This document shows, one piece after another, positions 39,586 through 49,210 of a DNA stretch of 64,000 nucleotides. A program made the position numbers and the translations under genes. Source of the stretch: Candidatus Poribacteria bacterium (GTDB lineage Bacteria; Poribacteria; WGA-4E; GCA-2687025); the NCBI GenBank assembly GCA_026004875.1, contig BPJZ01000004.1, positions 44,728-108,727 on the forward strand, written 5' to 3'. Positions within the stretch are counted from its first letter, which is position 1. Every line of letters starts with the position of its first letter. Below the pieces are notes generated by a model. It was not told the DNA's origin. It saw only the letters and a program-made list of their open reading frames with translations, and did no database searches.

Positions 39586-40428
39586 ATGCGCAAAACGGAA
39601 GCGCCCGACTACCGCTATCTGGCCGAGCTGGCTCGCGAAGCCCGTCGGCACGTCCTTAAGATGATCCACGCCGCCGGCTCGGGTCATCCTGGGGGATCGC
39701 TCTCCTCCCTGGATGTGCTCGTCACCCTCTACTTTCACGAGATGCGACACGATCCAAAGAACCCGGACGATCCTGACCGGGATCGGTTTATTCTCAGCAA
39801 AGGGCACGGCGTCCCCGCTCTGTACACCGTCATGGCAATGTCCGGCTACTTTGACGTTTCGCTCCTCCAGACGCTCCGAAAGCTGGACAGCCCCCTTCAA
39901 GGTCATCCGGACAAGCGGAAGCTCCCGGCGTTGGAGGCCTCGACCGGCTCGCTCGGCCAAGGGCTTTCCATCGGCATCGGAATGGCGTTGGCGCTGAAGC
40001 TGGACGGCCGCGACGCGCGCGTTTACGTGATGCTGGGCGACGGGGAGTGCGACGAAGGTCAGGTCTGGGAGGCGGCCATGTTCGCTGGAAACCGCGGCGC
40101 CCAGCTGAACAACCTCTGCGCCATTGTGGACGCCAACGGCGCCCAGCTGGACGGCTATACCAAAGACATCATGCCCCTGGAGCCGTTCGCCGACAAATGG
40201 CGAGCCTTCAACTGGAACGTTCTGGAGATCGACGGCCACTCCTATCCGGAGATCGTGGAGGCCTTCCAAAAGGCCCGCGCCTGCAAGACCGCTCCGACGG
40301 TAATCATCGCCCGGACGGTCAAGGGAAAGGGCGTCTCCTTTATGGAGGCCGCAGGGGCCAAGTACCACGGCGTCGCCCCCACCGATGAAGAGCTGGAACG
40401 GGCCTTGGCCGAGCTGGAAGCCGAGTAG
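39586..40428 (+). CDS. Transketolase, N-terminal subunit
   Basis: SGHPGGSLS, DRDRFILSKGH, LQGHP, STGSLGQG and GDGECDEGQVWEA (TPP motif). Confidence 0.95.
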   Translation: MRKTEAPDYRYLAELAREARRHVLKMIHAAGSGHPGGSLSSLDVLVTLYFHEMRHDPKNPDDPDRDRFILSKGHGVPALYTVMAMSGYFDVSLLQTLRKLDSPLQGHPDKRKLPALEASTGSLGQGLSIGIGMALALKLDGRDARVYVMLGDGECDEGQVWEAAMFAGNRGAQLNNLCAIVDANGAQLDGYTKDIMPLEPFADKWRAFNWNVLEIDGHSYPEIVEAFQKARACKTAPTVIIARTVKGKGVSFMEAAGAKYHGVAPTDEELERALAELEAE

Positions 40429-40454
40429 CCTCTGCTCAGAAAGGACCTAGAACC

Positions 40455-41411
40455 ATGGAACGACCGCTTGGTGAGGCCACCCGGGACACCTACGGACGCG
40501 TGCTGGAAGAGCTGGGCGCTAAGAACCCCAACATCGTCGTCCTGGACGCCGACCTGTCCAGCTCGACACGGACGGCTAAGTTTGCCGCGAAGTATCCCGA
40601 TCGCTTTTTTAACTTCGGGATCGCCGAGGCAAACATGGTCAGCGCCGCAGGGGGCTTTGCGCTGGCCGGGAAGCTTCCCTTTATCAGCAGCTTTGCCGTC
40701 TTTCTCCTCTGCAAGGGCTTTGATCAACTGCGTCAGTCCATTGCCTACCCGGGCCTGAACGTGAAGGTAGTCGTCACCCACGGAGGGATCAGCATCGGGG
40801 AGGACGGCCCCTCGCAGATGAGCGTTGAGGACTTCGCGCTGGCCGTTTCGTTGCCTGGCTTTGTGGTGATCCATCCGGCCGATCAGTATGCGGCCTACGC
40901 ACTGCTCCACCAGGTGGCCGAAGACCCGCGCCCCTGTGTGGTCCGGCTCGGGCGGCCCAAGGCTCCGATCGTCTATTCGGAGTCGGACACCTTCCAGATC
41001 GGCAAGGCGAATCAGCTTCGCGACGGCTCCGATATTACCCTGATCGCCAACGGCTTGCTGGTCGCCGAAGCGCTCGACGCAGCGGAGATCCTCGAGAAGC
41101 AAGGGGTGCAGGCCCGCGTGCTGGACATGCACACGATCAAACCGATCGATGAGGAGGCGATCGCTCGTGCGGCCCGCGAGACGGGAGCCATCGTGACCGC
41201 AGAGGAGCACCTGATCACCGGCGGGCTGGGGGCGATGGTCGCCCAGGCCGTCGCGCGGACCCATCCGGTGCCGATGGAGTTTGTCGGCATCAAGGACACT
41301 TACGCCGAATCGGGAACGCCACGCCAACTGCTGGAGCGTTACGGTCTGGTCGCCGCCGACATCGTCCGCGCCGCCGAGAAGGCCTTGGCGAGAAAGCCCC
41401 AGAACGGCTGA
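40455..41411 (+). CDS. Transketolase, C-terminal subunit
   Basis: DADLSSST, GIAEANM, GEDGPS and EEH..GGLG motifs. Confidence 0.95.
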   Translation: MERPLGEATRDTYGRVLEELGAKNPNIVVLDADLSSSTRTAKFAAKYPDRFFNFGIAEANMVSAAGGFALAGKLPFISSFAVFLLCKGFDQLRQSIAYPGLNVKVVVTHGGISIGEDGPSQMSVEDFALAVSLPGFVVIHPADQYAAYALLHQVAEDPRPCVVRLGRPKAPIVYSESDTFQIGKANQLRDGSDITLIANGLLVAEALDAAEILEKQGVQARVLDMHTIKPIDEEAIARAARETGAIVTAEEHLITGGLGAMVAQAVARTHPVPMEFVGIKDTYAESGTPRQLLERYGLVAADIVRAAEKALARKPQNG

Positions 41412-41457
41412 TTGCTGGCGTCTTCCGAATCGATCCAGGCCAATTTGCCATCTTGAG

Positions 41458-41487
41458 TTGACGCTTCCCAGCGGAAGGACGTAAACT
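41458..41487 (+). promoter_or_regulatory. Sigma70-type promoter
   Basis: TTGACG-N18-TAAACT. Confidence 0.55.
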
Positions 41488-41536
41488 ATCGGTGGCCCCT
41501 TGAGCGGTTCAAGGGGCCGGCCTTTGGGGCGATAAA

Positions 41537-41620
41537 AGAGAAAGAGTCTCAATTACATAAACGGCCTGGCCGCCCAGGCCGGGTTGTTGAGAGCGGGTTA
41601 TGAGATCGAGTCTCAGTTAC
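41537..41620. promoter_or_regulatory. Two Fur-box-like operators
   Basis: AGAGAAAGAGTCTCA (41537-41551) and palindromic TGAGATCGAGTCTCA (41601-41615), both followed by NTTAC, 64 bp apart. They resemble the 7-1-7 TGAGAATNATTCTCA Fur-type box. Confidence 0.55.
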
Positions 41621-41635
41621 TTTTGGAGGGGCAAA

Positions 41636-42427
41636 ATGCCAACCACTACACCGTTCCGCGTGGCGGCGGCACTCCTCTTGGCCGCCGCCCTCCAGACCGC
41701 TACCGCCGACGAGCGGTTCTTCACCTACTCCTACGAGCCGAAGGTCCTTCCCCAGGGGGCCATCGAGCTGGAACAGTGGGCCACCCTGCGCAACGGTAAA
41801 GAGCACGTCTACGCCCGTTGGGATGTCCGCACCGAGTTTGAGATCGGCCTCACCGACCGACTCACCACCGCCCTCTACATGAACTGGAAGAACGAGTGGG
41901 GCTTCAAGAACGCCACCACACTGGCAGAAAATAAGGCGGCCTTTACGGGCTGGTCTTCCGAATGGAAGTACAAGCTGACCGATCCGACCGCCGACTCGAT
42001 CGGGGTACTGCTCTACGGCGAAGTAGGAGTGGACCGACACGAATGGGAACTAGAGGGAAAGCTGGTCCTCGGCAAGAACTTCGGAAACGTGGTCACCGCC
42101 CTGAACGCAATCGTTGAGCTGGAGGGCGAAACGGAGGCTGAGCTTGAAGAGGGAGAACCGGAGTCCAAAATGGAACTGGAGTGGGTTCTGGAGAACACCG
42201 CCGGCATCGCCTATCGCCTGAACTCCTTTGCCCTTGGCTTAGAAGGGCGAACCCACACCGAGATCGTCGAAGGCGAGACGGAGCACACGGCGTTCTTCCT
42301 GGGGCCGGTGATCAACGTGCGCTCTGAACGCTGGTGGGCGACGCTGACCGTTCTCTACCAGCTGACTGACATCTTAGACGAACACGAGCGAACCGAAACG
42401 CGATTGATCCTAGGCATTCACCTATGA
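41636..42427 (+). CDS. Predicted outer-membrane beta-barrel (DUF6662-like)
   Basis: Signal peptide; 'F.Y.Y....LP.G..E.EQW', 'E.E.GLTDRL', 'ELEGKLVL.KNF'; amphipathic strands ending LGIHL. Confidence 0.7.
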   Translation: MPTTTPFRVAAALLLAAALQTATADERFFTYSYEPKVLPQGAIELEQWATLRNGKEHVYARWDVRTEFEIGLTDRLTTALYMNWKNEWGFKNATTLAENKAAFTGWSSEWKYKLTDPTADSIGVLLYGEVGVDRHEWELEGKLVLGKNFGNVVTALNAIVELEGETEAELEEGEPESKMELEWVLENTAGIAYRLNSFALGLEGRTHTEIVEGETEHTAFFLGPVINVRSERWWATLTVLYQLTDILDEHERTETRLILGIHL

Positions 42428-42732
42428 GACGCTCGTCTCTCCGAGCGGGGGCGCTGGCCGTCGTGCTGTTTGGGTGCGCGGCGGCGCTCCCGCGTGTTAC
42501 TCCTCAGGACGCCCAGCGGGTCGGGGTGGCACTGGAACGGCTCCAGGCAGGCCGAGAGCTCTACATTGCCAAGTGCAGCGGCTGCCACGGCCTCTATCCT
42601 CCTCAGCGGTATACAGACGACGAGTGGGCCCACTGGGTCGAAGAGATGGCCCCCTTGGCCCGCCTGCGCCCAGTCCAGAAGGAACAGATCCTTCTCTATC
42701 TTCAAGCGATGAACGACGGGGCTCACCCCTAA
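42424..42732 (+). CDS. Monoheme cytochrome c lipoprotein
   Basis: Lipobox VLFGC, CSGCH heme motif and a distal Met (WVEEM); ATGA overlap with the upstream gene. Confidence 0.85.
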   Translation: MRRSSLRAGALAVVLFGCAAALPRVTPQDAQRVGVALERLQAGRELYIAKCSGCHGLYPPQRYTDDEWAHWVEEMAPLARLRPVQKEQILLYLQAMNDGAHP

Positions 42733-43982
42733 CGGAAGATCGAGGATTCCTCCTCCCGGACCGTCTCGATCGCTTCGAGATAGCGGGTCTCGTCGGCGGT
42801 CCACCACTCGACGACGACTCGATCGCCTTCGCGGGCCTGATCCAACTGACGGGCCAGGTGGGCGGGGACGCGCCAGCGTCCCGATTCGTCCCGAACCTGG
42901 GGAACGACCAGCTCCAAGCGCCGTCCGTCGTCCGTCTCGACGACGACCAACTCCTCTCCGCGCTCGGCCAGCCGGCCGTAGCTGCGCAAAAACTCGCGAT
43001 AGGGGACCTCAACCTCTCGCTCGACGCGTTCCGGCCCGCGCTGGCGCTGCTCGTACTCGTATCGAGTCTCCTGGCGTTCCCGTTCCGCTTCGCGCCGCTC
43101 CGGCGAAAGGTCCCTGGTCGGCGCTTGCTCGCGTCGCTCTCGGCGGGCGGCCTCCATCGTCTCCAGCACCTGAGCGACGAGAGGAAAGGTGCGAGGATCG
43201 GCCAGGACGAAAAGCTGATTGCCCCGGAAGTCCACTCCGACCCGCAGTCCGTCTCCCAGCAGGCCTTTGAGGACGCCGACGGCTTCCTCAGCGTTGACGT
43301 GTTCCAGCCGGAACACTTCCAAGTGAGGACCAGGCTCTCGCTTCGGCTCGCGTTCTTTTTGGAGTCCTAGACCTCGCATTAACCGCTCCAGGTGTCCGGA
43401 GAGCTCCCGGAGTGAGCCTCGGAGCCCTTCGCGCCAACCCTCCGGCGGCCCCTCTTGGAGCCGCTTTGCCAGCTCAGAAAGACGACGGGCGGCCTCCTCG
43501 AGAGCGCCCGCGACCTCCTCCGCCGAGGGCGGTCCGCCGATCCGCTCAGCGATCCGACGGAGCTCTCGCCCGATCGCTTCGGTCTGATCCCACATCCGGC
43601 GGCGGAGCTCCTCAGAGTCCGTCCGCTCCGCTTGCTCTTTCAGGCGGCCTTGAAGCTCTTCCCACTGCTGAACGAGGTTGTGAAAGCGCTTTTGGAACCG
43701 CTCTTTCTGTTCCGGCGTCAGGGGGGCCTTCCGCTCGGTGGCAGCAACGACCCGATCGGCCAACTGCTGAACCGCTTCTAGGAGCGGGGTCAACTCCAAC
43801 ACGCCCTCCTTTTGACCAAGCGCCTGTCGAAGAGCGACCTCGGCTCGCTCTAGGGGTGCGATCCACTCCTGCCAGAGGGCCTCCGGCGAAGGCTCAGGGC
43901 TCTCCTGAGCAAAGGCAACCCATCCCCCGAGCGCCAGGAGGAGCGTCGCCACCGACAAATGAACTCTTCTCCGTGCGTCCAT
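42729..43982 (-). CDS. Secreted coiled-coil protein with a secretin N (NolW-like) domain and an OB-like C-terminus
   Basis: Signal peptide; long Glu/Arg helices; 'VFRLEHVNAEEAVGVLKGLL..LRVGVDFRGNQLFVLA....VAQVLETME'. Confidence 0.6.
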   Translation of the reverse strand: MDARRRVHLSVATLLLALGGWVAFAQESPEPSPEALWQEWIAPLERAEVALRQALGQKEGVLELTPLLEAVQQLADRVVAATERKAPLTPEQKERFQKRFHNLVQQWEELQGRLKEQAERTDSEELRRRMWDQTEAIGRELRRIAERIGGPPSAEEVAGALEEAARRLSELAKRLQEGPPEGWREGLRGSLRELSGHLERLMRGLGLQKEREPKREPGPHLEVFRLEHVNAEEAVGVLKGLLGDGLRVGVDFRGNQLFVLADPRTFPLVAQVLETMEAARRERREQAPTRDLSPERREAERERQETRYEYEQRQRGPERVEREVEVPYREFLRSYGRLAERGEELVVVETDDGRRLELVVPQVRDESGRWRVPAHLARQLDQAREGDRVVVEWWTADETRYLEAIETVREEESSIFR

Positions 43983-44063
43983 CGCCCTGCTCCTTTTCTG
44001 ATCTCCAAGATCTCATCAGGGCTCACGTCTGGGGCGGGGTCTCCGTTTACGCTCTCAGAGAGC

Positions 44064-45395
44064 TCAGCGGCGAGAGAGCCCGTCGGTTCCGGCGGGAACC
44101 TCCAGGAGGGGATTCCCCTCAGCGTCGCTCCATCGGCGCGCGGCGTACCGTTCCAGATAGAGACAGAGCGGCTCCAGGTGATGGAGATGGTTCAAGAAGG
44201 GCTCTGTGTACCGGATCGGCCCGAACTCTGCCCCATCCACGTGGTGTTGGGCCCCGACGACGTTGTCCCAGTCCACCCCTTCGGTCAGGAATCCGGTCTC
44301 TCGATCGTGGACGCGGGCCATCGCGCGGAGGATGGTCAGCGCGTCCCGCAGGTAGCTCACTGCGCCGGTTTCGCCGTAAGCCTCCACGTAGGCGAGTGCC
44401 GCCTCGGCGTTCTCCCAGAGGTAGGCGGTGTTCCAAGACTCCTCCATCCAGAGCAGGCCCTTAGTCGGAACGCCGTTCCGGTCCTCGGCCATCTTAAAGC
44501 GGTCTAAACCGCGCAGACAAACCTCATAGGCGAACGACCGGTACTGTTCGCAGCCGGTCGCTTCGGCTAGACGCCGAAAGACCCGAAAGGCGACCGCATA
44601 GGCCACGTTCTCGTGGGCGTCGTACGTGTCGTGATTGATGCTTCCAAAGATCCCGCCGCTCTCCAGAAACCGCTCGGCCAACTCCAAGGTCCAGGGATGA
44701 AACCGCCCCAGCGCCTCGCCGACCTCCGTGAGCAACTGAATCAAAAACAGACCGTCGGCGGAGCGATCGAAGAAGGGATCGGAACCCCCCTCGGCCCGGA
44801 AGGGATAGGGGGAGCCGTCCGGAGCGCAGCGGCGCGGGAGCCATCCGTTGTCACAGCGTCGGACATGGCGGGTAAGCCATCCGGTCAGGTTGAGCGCCGC
44901 CTCACGCATCCGACGGGCGCGAGGCCCGCCCAGCAGTTGGGCGTAGCCCCAAAGCTGATAGCCTACCTTGGCCAGCGATCCAGGACAGAACCACTCGTCG
45001 TTCTGCTTGAAGTTCAGGCAGAACCGATCCTCCTGAGTGTGTCGATAGGGATAGATGAAACCGGTTCGCCAGTCCACAAAGCCGTCTTCGAGAACGTGAT
45101 CCACAATCGAGCGGGCAACCTGCAGCAGGCGAGCGTCCCGCGTCAGCCGCCCCCATCGCTCCAGCTCCCAAGCCCCACCCACCGCGTTCGCCGCCCAGCC
45201 GGGCCCCTCCAGGTGACCGAAGTCGTGCCACCCCATGACGTTCCCCTCGCGATCCAGGAAGGAGCTCTTAGCGGCGTGGTGGCCGTTATAGACCGTCAAC
45301 GCCCGCTCGAGGACGTACCGGACCGAATCCCGCGCAGCGTCCACAACGGTGTAGTGAGGGTCCTCCGGCAGGTAGAACCCCTCCGGCGATCCCAT
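44064..45395 (-). CDS. Hypothetical protein, possible (alpha/alpha)6 glycoside hydrolase-like fold
   Basis: 443 aa ORF rich in Trp/Tyr with helical repeats; no signal peptide. Confidence 0.55.
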   Translation of the reverse strand: MGSPEGFYLPEDPHYTVVDAARDSVRYVLERALTVYNGHHAAKSSFLDREGNVMGWHDFGHLEGPGWAANAVGGAWELERWGRLTRDARLLQVARSIVDHVLEDGFVDWRTGFIYPYRHTQEDRFCLNFKQNDEWFCPGSLAKVGYQLWGYAQLLGGPRARRMREAALNLTGWLTRHVRRCDNGWLPRRCAPDGSPYPFRAEGGSDPFFDRSADGLFLIQLLTEVGEALGRFHPWTLELAERFLESGGIFGSINHDTYDAHENVAYAVAFRVFRRLAEATGCEQYRSFAYEVCLRGLDRFKMAEDRNGVPTKGLLWMEESWNTAYLWENAEAALAYVEAYGETGAVSYLRDALTILRAMARVHDRETGFLTEGVDWDNVVGAQHHVDGAEFGPIRYTEPFLNHLHHLEPLCLYLERYAARRWSDAEGNPLLEVPAGTDGLSRR

Positions 45396-45408
45396 CGCTG
45401 CACTCCCG

Positions 45409-46032
45409 CTACAGCTCTTTGATTTTGATGTTCTTGTACCAGACGATCCCGCCGTGATCCTGCAAGCCGATGTGCCCTCGCTTGGGGAGGTTGGCCCAGG
45501 CGTACTTGAACTTCGTCCGGGTCCCGTCGGGGTTTCGGTGCGGTTCCGTCCACTGGGAGATGTCCATCTCGATGATGTTCTCGCCGTTCATGTCAATCCG
45601 GATGTCGTTCCCCCGACAGGTGATGAGGACGTGGTTCCACTCTCCAGCGGGCCGCATCATCTGCTTTTTAGGCGGAACCAACTCGTAGACAGCGCCACAA
45701 TCGTGAACTCCGACGCGATCGGGTCCAGGAGTGTCCAGCACTTGCATCTCCAAGCCGGTGTTGACCGGATCGCTCAAGTCGGACCAACGAAAGAAGATGC
45801 CGCTATTGGTCTTTGGCGCAATCTTGAAGTCAATCTTCAGGATGAAGTCCTCAAACTGCTCCTGGGTGTAGAGATATCCACCGCCTTGGGCCAGGCACTT
45901 AATTGCGCCCTCCTCGACGGTCCAGCCTTCGATCCGTCCGGTCGCACCCCAGCCGTTCAGGGAGTGGCCATCAAAAAGCAGCCGATATCCTTCGCGTTCC
46001 TCCTCCGGCGTCAGGACGTTCTCCGCCATCAC
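45409..46032 (-). CDS. DUF1080 (3-keto-disaccharide hydrolase-like) protein
   Basis: LFDGHSLNGW, NSGIFFR, EMQVLD, GEWN and GHIGLQDHG...YKNIKIKEL motifs. Confidence 0.92.
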   Translation of the reverse strand: MMAENVLTPEEEREGYRLLFDGHSLNGWGATGRIEGWTVEEGAIKCLAQGGGYLYTQEQFEDFILKIDFKIAPKTNSGIFFRWSDLSDPVNTGLEMQVLDTPGPDRVGVHDCGAVYELVPPKKQMMRPAGEWNHVLITCRGNDIRIDMNGENIIEMDISQWTEPHRNPDGTRTKFKYAWANLPKRGHIGLQDHGGIVWYKNIKIKEL

Positions 46033-46125
46033 AACGCTCCTTCTCTTGCTTTGCTCTTCGTTTCGACAGCGACGAGGCGCGTTCCTTGAGAACGAGGTCC
46101 ATTCTCGACGAGGGAGGGCGTTCCG

Positions 46126-47134
46126 TCAAGCGTTAGAGGAGCCTGAAACCTCGGCGATCGCCTCGGCAAGGATGGCGTCCGACTCGATCCCCTCAGCGAT
46201 CGCCTCGAAGTTTCGGACAATTCGATGCCGAAGGCTGGGGAGCACCACGGCTCGGACGTCCTCGGCGGCGACGTGGTACCGATCGGAGAGGAGAGCGTGT
46301 ACCTTTGCGGCAAGCTCGAGCGCTTGCGCACCTCGCGGGCTTGCCCCGTACCGAACATACCGCCGGACGATTTCCGGGGCCTCTTTGGTCTCAGGATGGG
46401 TTCGCAAAATGAGCTGAACGATCTCCTTTCGGATATGATCGGCAACCGGCACCTCCCGGATCAGCCGCTGCATGGCCGGAATCTCCTCCGGACGGAGCAC
46501 CTGCTCGGGGAGTGGGGACCGTCGCCGCTGTCGTTCGATTTAAAATCTCCGCCAGCTCTTCAGCGCTTGGGTAGTCGACCAGAAGCTTGAAGAGAAACCG
46601 GTCAAGTTGAGCCTCGGGCAGAGGATAGGTGCCCTCCATCTCGATCGGGTTCTGGGTGGCCAGGACGAGAAACGGCCGGGGAAGCGAATAGGTCTCGGTC
46701 CCGGCGGTCACAGTCCGCTCTTGCATCGCCTCCAGCAGCGCCGATTGGGTTCGCGGCGAAGCCCGGTTGATCTCGTCGGCCAGGAGCAGATGAGTGAAGA
46801 CCGGCCCCCGCTGAAACTCAAACCGACGCCCTCCCGACTCGTCCTCGACGAGAATCCGCGTCCCGGTGATATCGGCGGGCATCAGGTCCGGCGTGAACTG
46901 CACCCGTCGGAACTCCAAGCCGGTCACTGCAGCCAAGACGCGCACAAGCATCGTTTTTCCCAACCCCGGCGCCCCTTCCAGCAGCACATGACCGTCAGCA
47001 AAGAGGGCGATCAGGACAAACCGAACGACCTCCTCCTGACCGACGATCAGCCGGTGGACCTCTTCTTCTGCCCGGCGGAAGGCCGCTCGGAACGCCTCTA
47101 CCCGCTGTTCGATCGAGCTCGTCGTTTGAGCCAC
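46126..47134 (-). CDS. MoxR-family AAA+ ATPase (frameshift in a homopolymer run at ~46508)
   Basis: [53 protein letters not shown]; GASPRG and LRHRI in the second frame. Confidence 0.92.
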
Positions 47135-47138
47135 CGCT

Positions 47139-48458
47139 TCACTCCCCCTCCTGGACGGATCCGAGGCGCTCGAAGTAACGCCGAATCTGAACCCGATACC
47201 GAAGGGGCAGACGAGGATTTCGCACCGCGCGAACGACCTCCGCTTCGGCCTCATCGGGGAGAGGGAAAGGCGCACCCACCTCTGGGGAGGGAGGCGCTTC
47301 GTCCCTTTCGGAGGAAGCCCCAATCCGCACGGTATCCCCTTCGCCTGAAGGCGCCTCCAAGACAAAGGCCTCCTCTCCCGGCTCCGGCAGGAGCCTAGGA
47401 GCGTCAGTCCTGTCGCTCCGAGGGGCGCCGGTCTCCTCTCCGATCGCCTCGCCTTGTCCAAAGGCACCGGCGCGGCGGGACTCCACGGCGACGATCGCGA
47501 GCCGCTCCTTCGTCTCCTGGACAGCGCGGAACCGCTCGGCTAGCTCCCGATCGGAAGCCGCCTCCATCCTCTGGAGCGCCTCCACCAGCCGTTGAACGGT
47601 CTCCGGCGAGAGCCGATCCCCCTCAGCGACGGCGTTGCGAAGGGCCTGAGTCAGCGCCTCGTTGGGCGCGACCGCCTCCAGCCGCGCCAACAGCCGCTCC
47701 AGCGCGCTCAACAGACGCGGATCGTTCGATCGCCAGGCTTCTTGAAGTGCCTCGGCACCGGAGCGAACGGCCTCGCTCCGAAAGGGCCGGAGCGCCCGAT
47801 CCACCTCAGCCAGCGCCTGCGTTGCCGACGAAGCCTCCTCCCGAAGCCGTTGCTCCTCCCGGAGCAGCCGCTCCATCGCTTCGACCGGTGAGCGCATCTC
47901 CAACTCCTTGGCAAGCTCCGGATCGAGCTCGCGAAGCGGATCCAGGGTCGCCGCCGGAGCCCTCTCACCGGCGCCCGGCGCCGTCCCCTCCTCCGGAAGC
48001 AGGTTCCACCCCCCCCAACTGGTCAAGAGACCAAGGAGCACCAGCAACCCAACCGTCCGCTTGACGGGCGAAGGACGGGGCACTCTCTGGAGCGTCCGTT
48101 CTCCCTCGGCGATCACGAGCGGTCTAAATGGAGAGCCGCTCTCGACACCGCTGAGCTCCCAGGCGGTGGAGAGCCGATCGGCCAGGCCGTAGCGCCGATC
48201 CAGACCACGCAGGAGCGCGACGGGCCCGGGCAGGCGAAAGAGCGTCACCCCAATACCACAGATCGCCCCAAGCACCGGCAGCCCTAAAAGCAAACGCCCG
48301 CCGGAGGACCCTAGAACCCGAAAGCCCAGCGCTCCAAGAGCCAGTAACACCCCTCCAACCGCCCAACCAAGCGCGACGCCTTCCAGCACGCGGCGGAGCC
48401 GCAGCCGTCGTAGGTAAGGCCGCGCCGCCCTCCGAAAGCGCCCGGCGGCTTCATCCAT
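47139..48458 (-). CDS. Membrane-anchored coiled-coil protein (MoxR-associated type)
   Basis: N-terminal TMs, '[15 protein letters not shown]', long coiled coil and C-terminal 'LPLRYR..IRRYF'. Confidence 0.7.
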   Translation of the reverse strand: MDEAAGRFRRAARPYLRRLRLRRVLEGVALGWAVGGVLLALGALGFRVLGSSGGRLLLGLPVLGAICGIGVTLFRLPGPVALLRGLDRRYGLADRLSTAWELSGVESGSPFRPLVIAEGERTLQRVPRPSPVKRTVGLLVLLGLLTSWGGWNLLPEEGTAPGAGERAPAATLDPLRELDPELAKELEMRSPVEAMERLLREEQRLREEASSATQALAEVDRALRPFRSEAVRSGAEALQEAWRSNDPRLLSALERLLARLEAVAPNEALTQALRNAVAEGDRLSPETVQRLVEALQRMEAASDRELAERFRAVQETKERLAIVAVESRRAGAFGQGEAIGEETGAPRSDRTDAPRLLPEPGEEAFVLEAPSGEGDTVRIGASSERDEAPPSPEVGAPFPLPDEAEAEVVRAVRNPRLPLRYRVQIRRYFERLGSVQEGE

Positions 48459-48463
48459 TTTGA

Positions 48464-49210
48464 CTACTCCCAGAACGCGTTCAACCGATCCAATCGGTTG
48501 GTGGTGATCCCATCCACGCCGATTCGGATCAATTCGGCCATCCGTGCCGGACTGTCCACCGTCCAAACCCAGCAGGCGAGACCGAATCGGCGAAGCTCCT
48601 GGAGAAACTGTTCCTCAACCAGCGTCTCGGCGGCATCCAGCAGCCCAGTGCCCAGCTGCGCCAGCCGTCGCCGAACGGCCTGAGCACTTCGCCGGGAGTC
48701 GTCCGGGACGGGCAGCTCTCCGATTAGCCATCCAACCGAGAGAGCTGGCTCCACGCTGCGGGCCCGTTCCAGCGCCTCGGACAGAAAGGAGATAAACACT
48801 ACCCGATCTATCCGGTCCAGCCGCTGAACCACCCGAACCGCCGGAACTGCGCTTTCGAGCGTCTTCAGCTCGACAACGGCGGTCACCTCCTCTGGGACGG
48901 CCCGGAGGGCCTCCTCTAAGGTGGGGACCGGCTCCCCGGCAAAGGCGGGCCCCTTCCAACTTCCCGCGTCCAGGCGACGGAGCTCCTCCCAGGTGAGGGC
49001 GGCGACCGAGCCGGAACCGTCCGTCGTCCGCTCCAACGTTGCGTCGTGAAGGAGCACGGGAACGCCGTCCCGGGTCACGCGGACATCGAACTCGACCGCG
49101 TCGCAGCCTAACGCAATCGCTTCGCGAATCGCGGCGAGCGTGTTCTCCGGGGCGCGATCGGAGGCCCCTCGATGAGCAATGCGAACCGGTAGTCGCTCGG
49201 AGCCGGTCAC
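48464..49210 (-). CDS. Glycerophosphodiester phosphodiesterase
   Basis: IAHRGAS..APENT, EFDV..T.DG, HD.TL.RTT, WTVD and GVDGITTN motifs. Confidence 0.93.
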   Translation of the reverse strand: MTGSERLPVRIAHRGASDRAPENTLAAIREAIALGCDAVEFDVRVTRDGVPVLLHDATLERTTDGSGSVAALTWEELRRLDAGSWKGPAFAGEPVPTLEEALRAVPEEVTAVVELKTLESAVPAVRVVQRLDRIDRVVFISFLSEALERARSVEPALSVGWLIGELPVPDDSRRSAQAVRRRLAQLGTGLLDAAETLVEEQFLQELRRFGLACWVWTVDSPARMAELIRIGVDGITTNRLDRLNAFWE

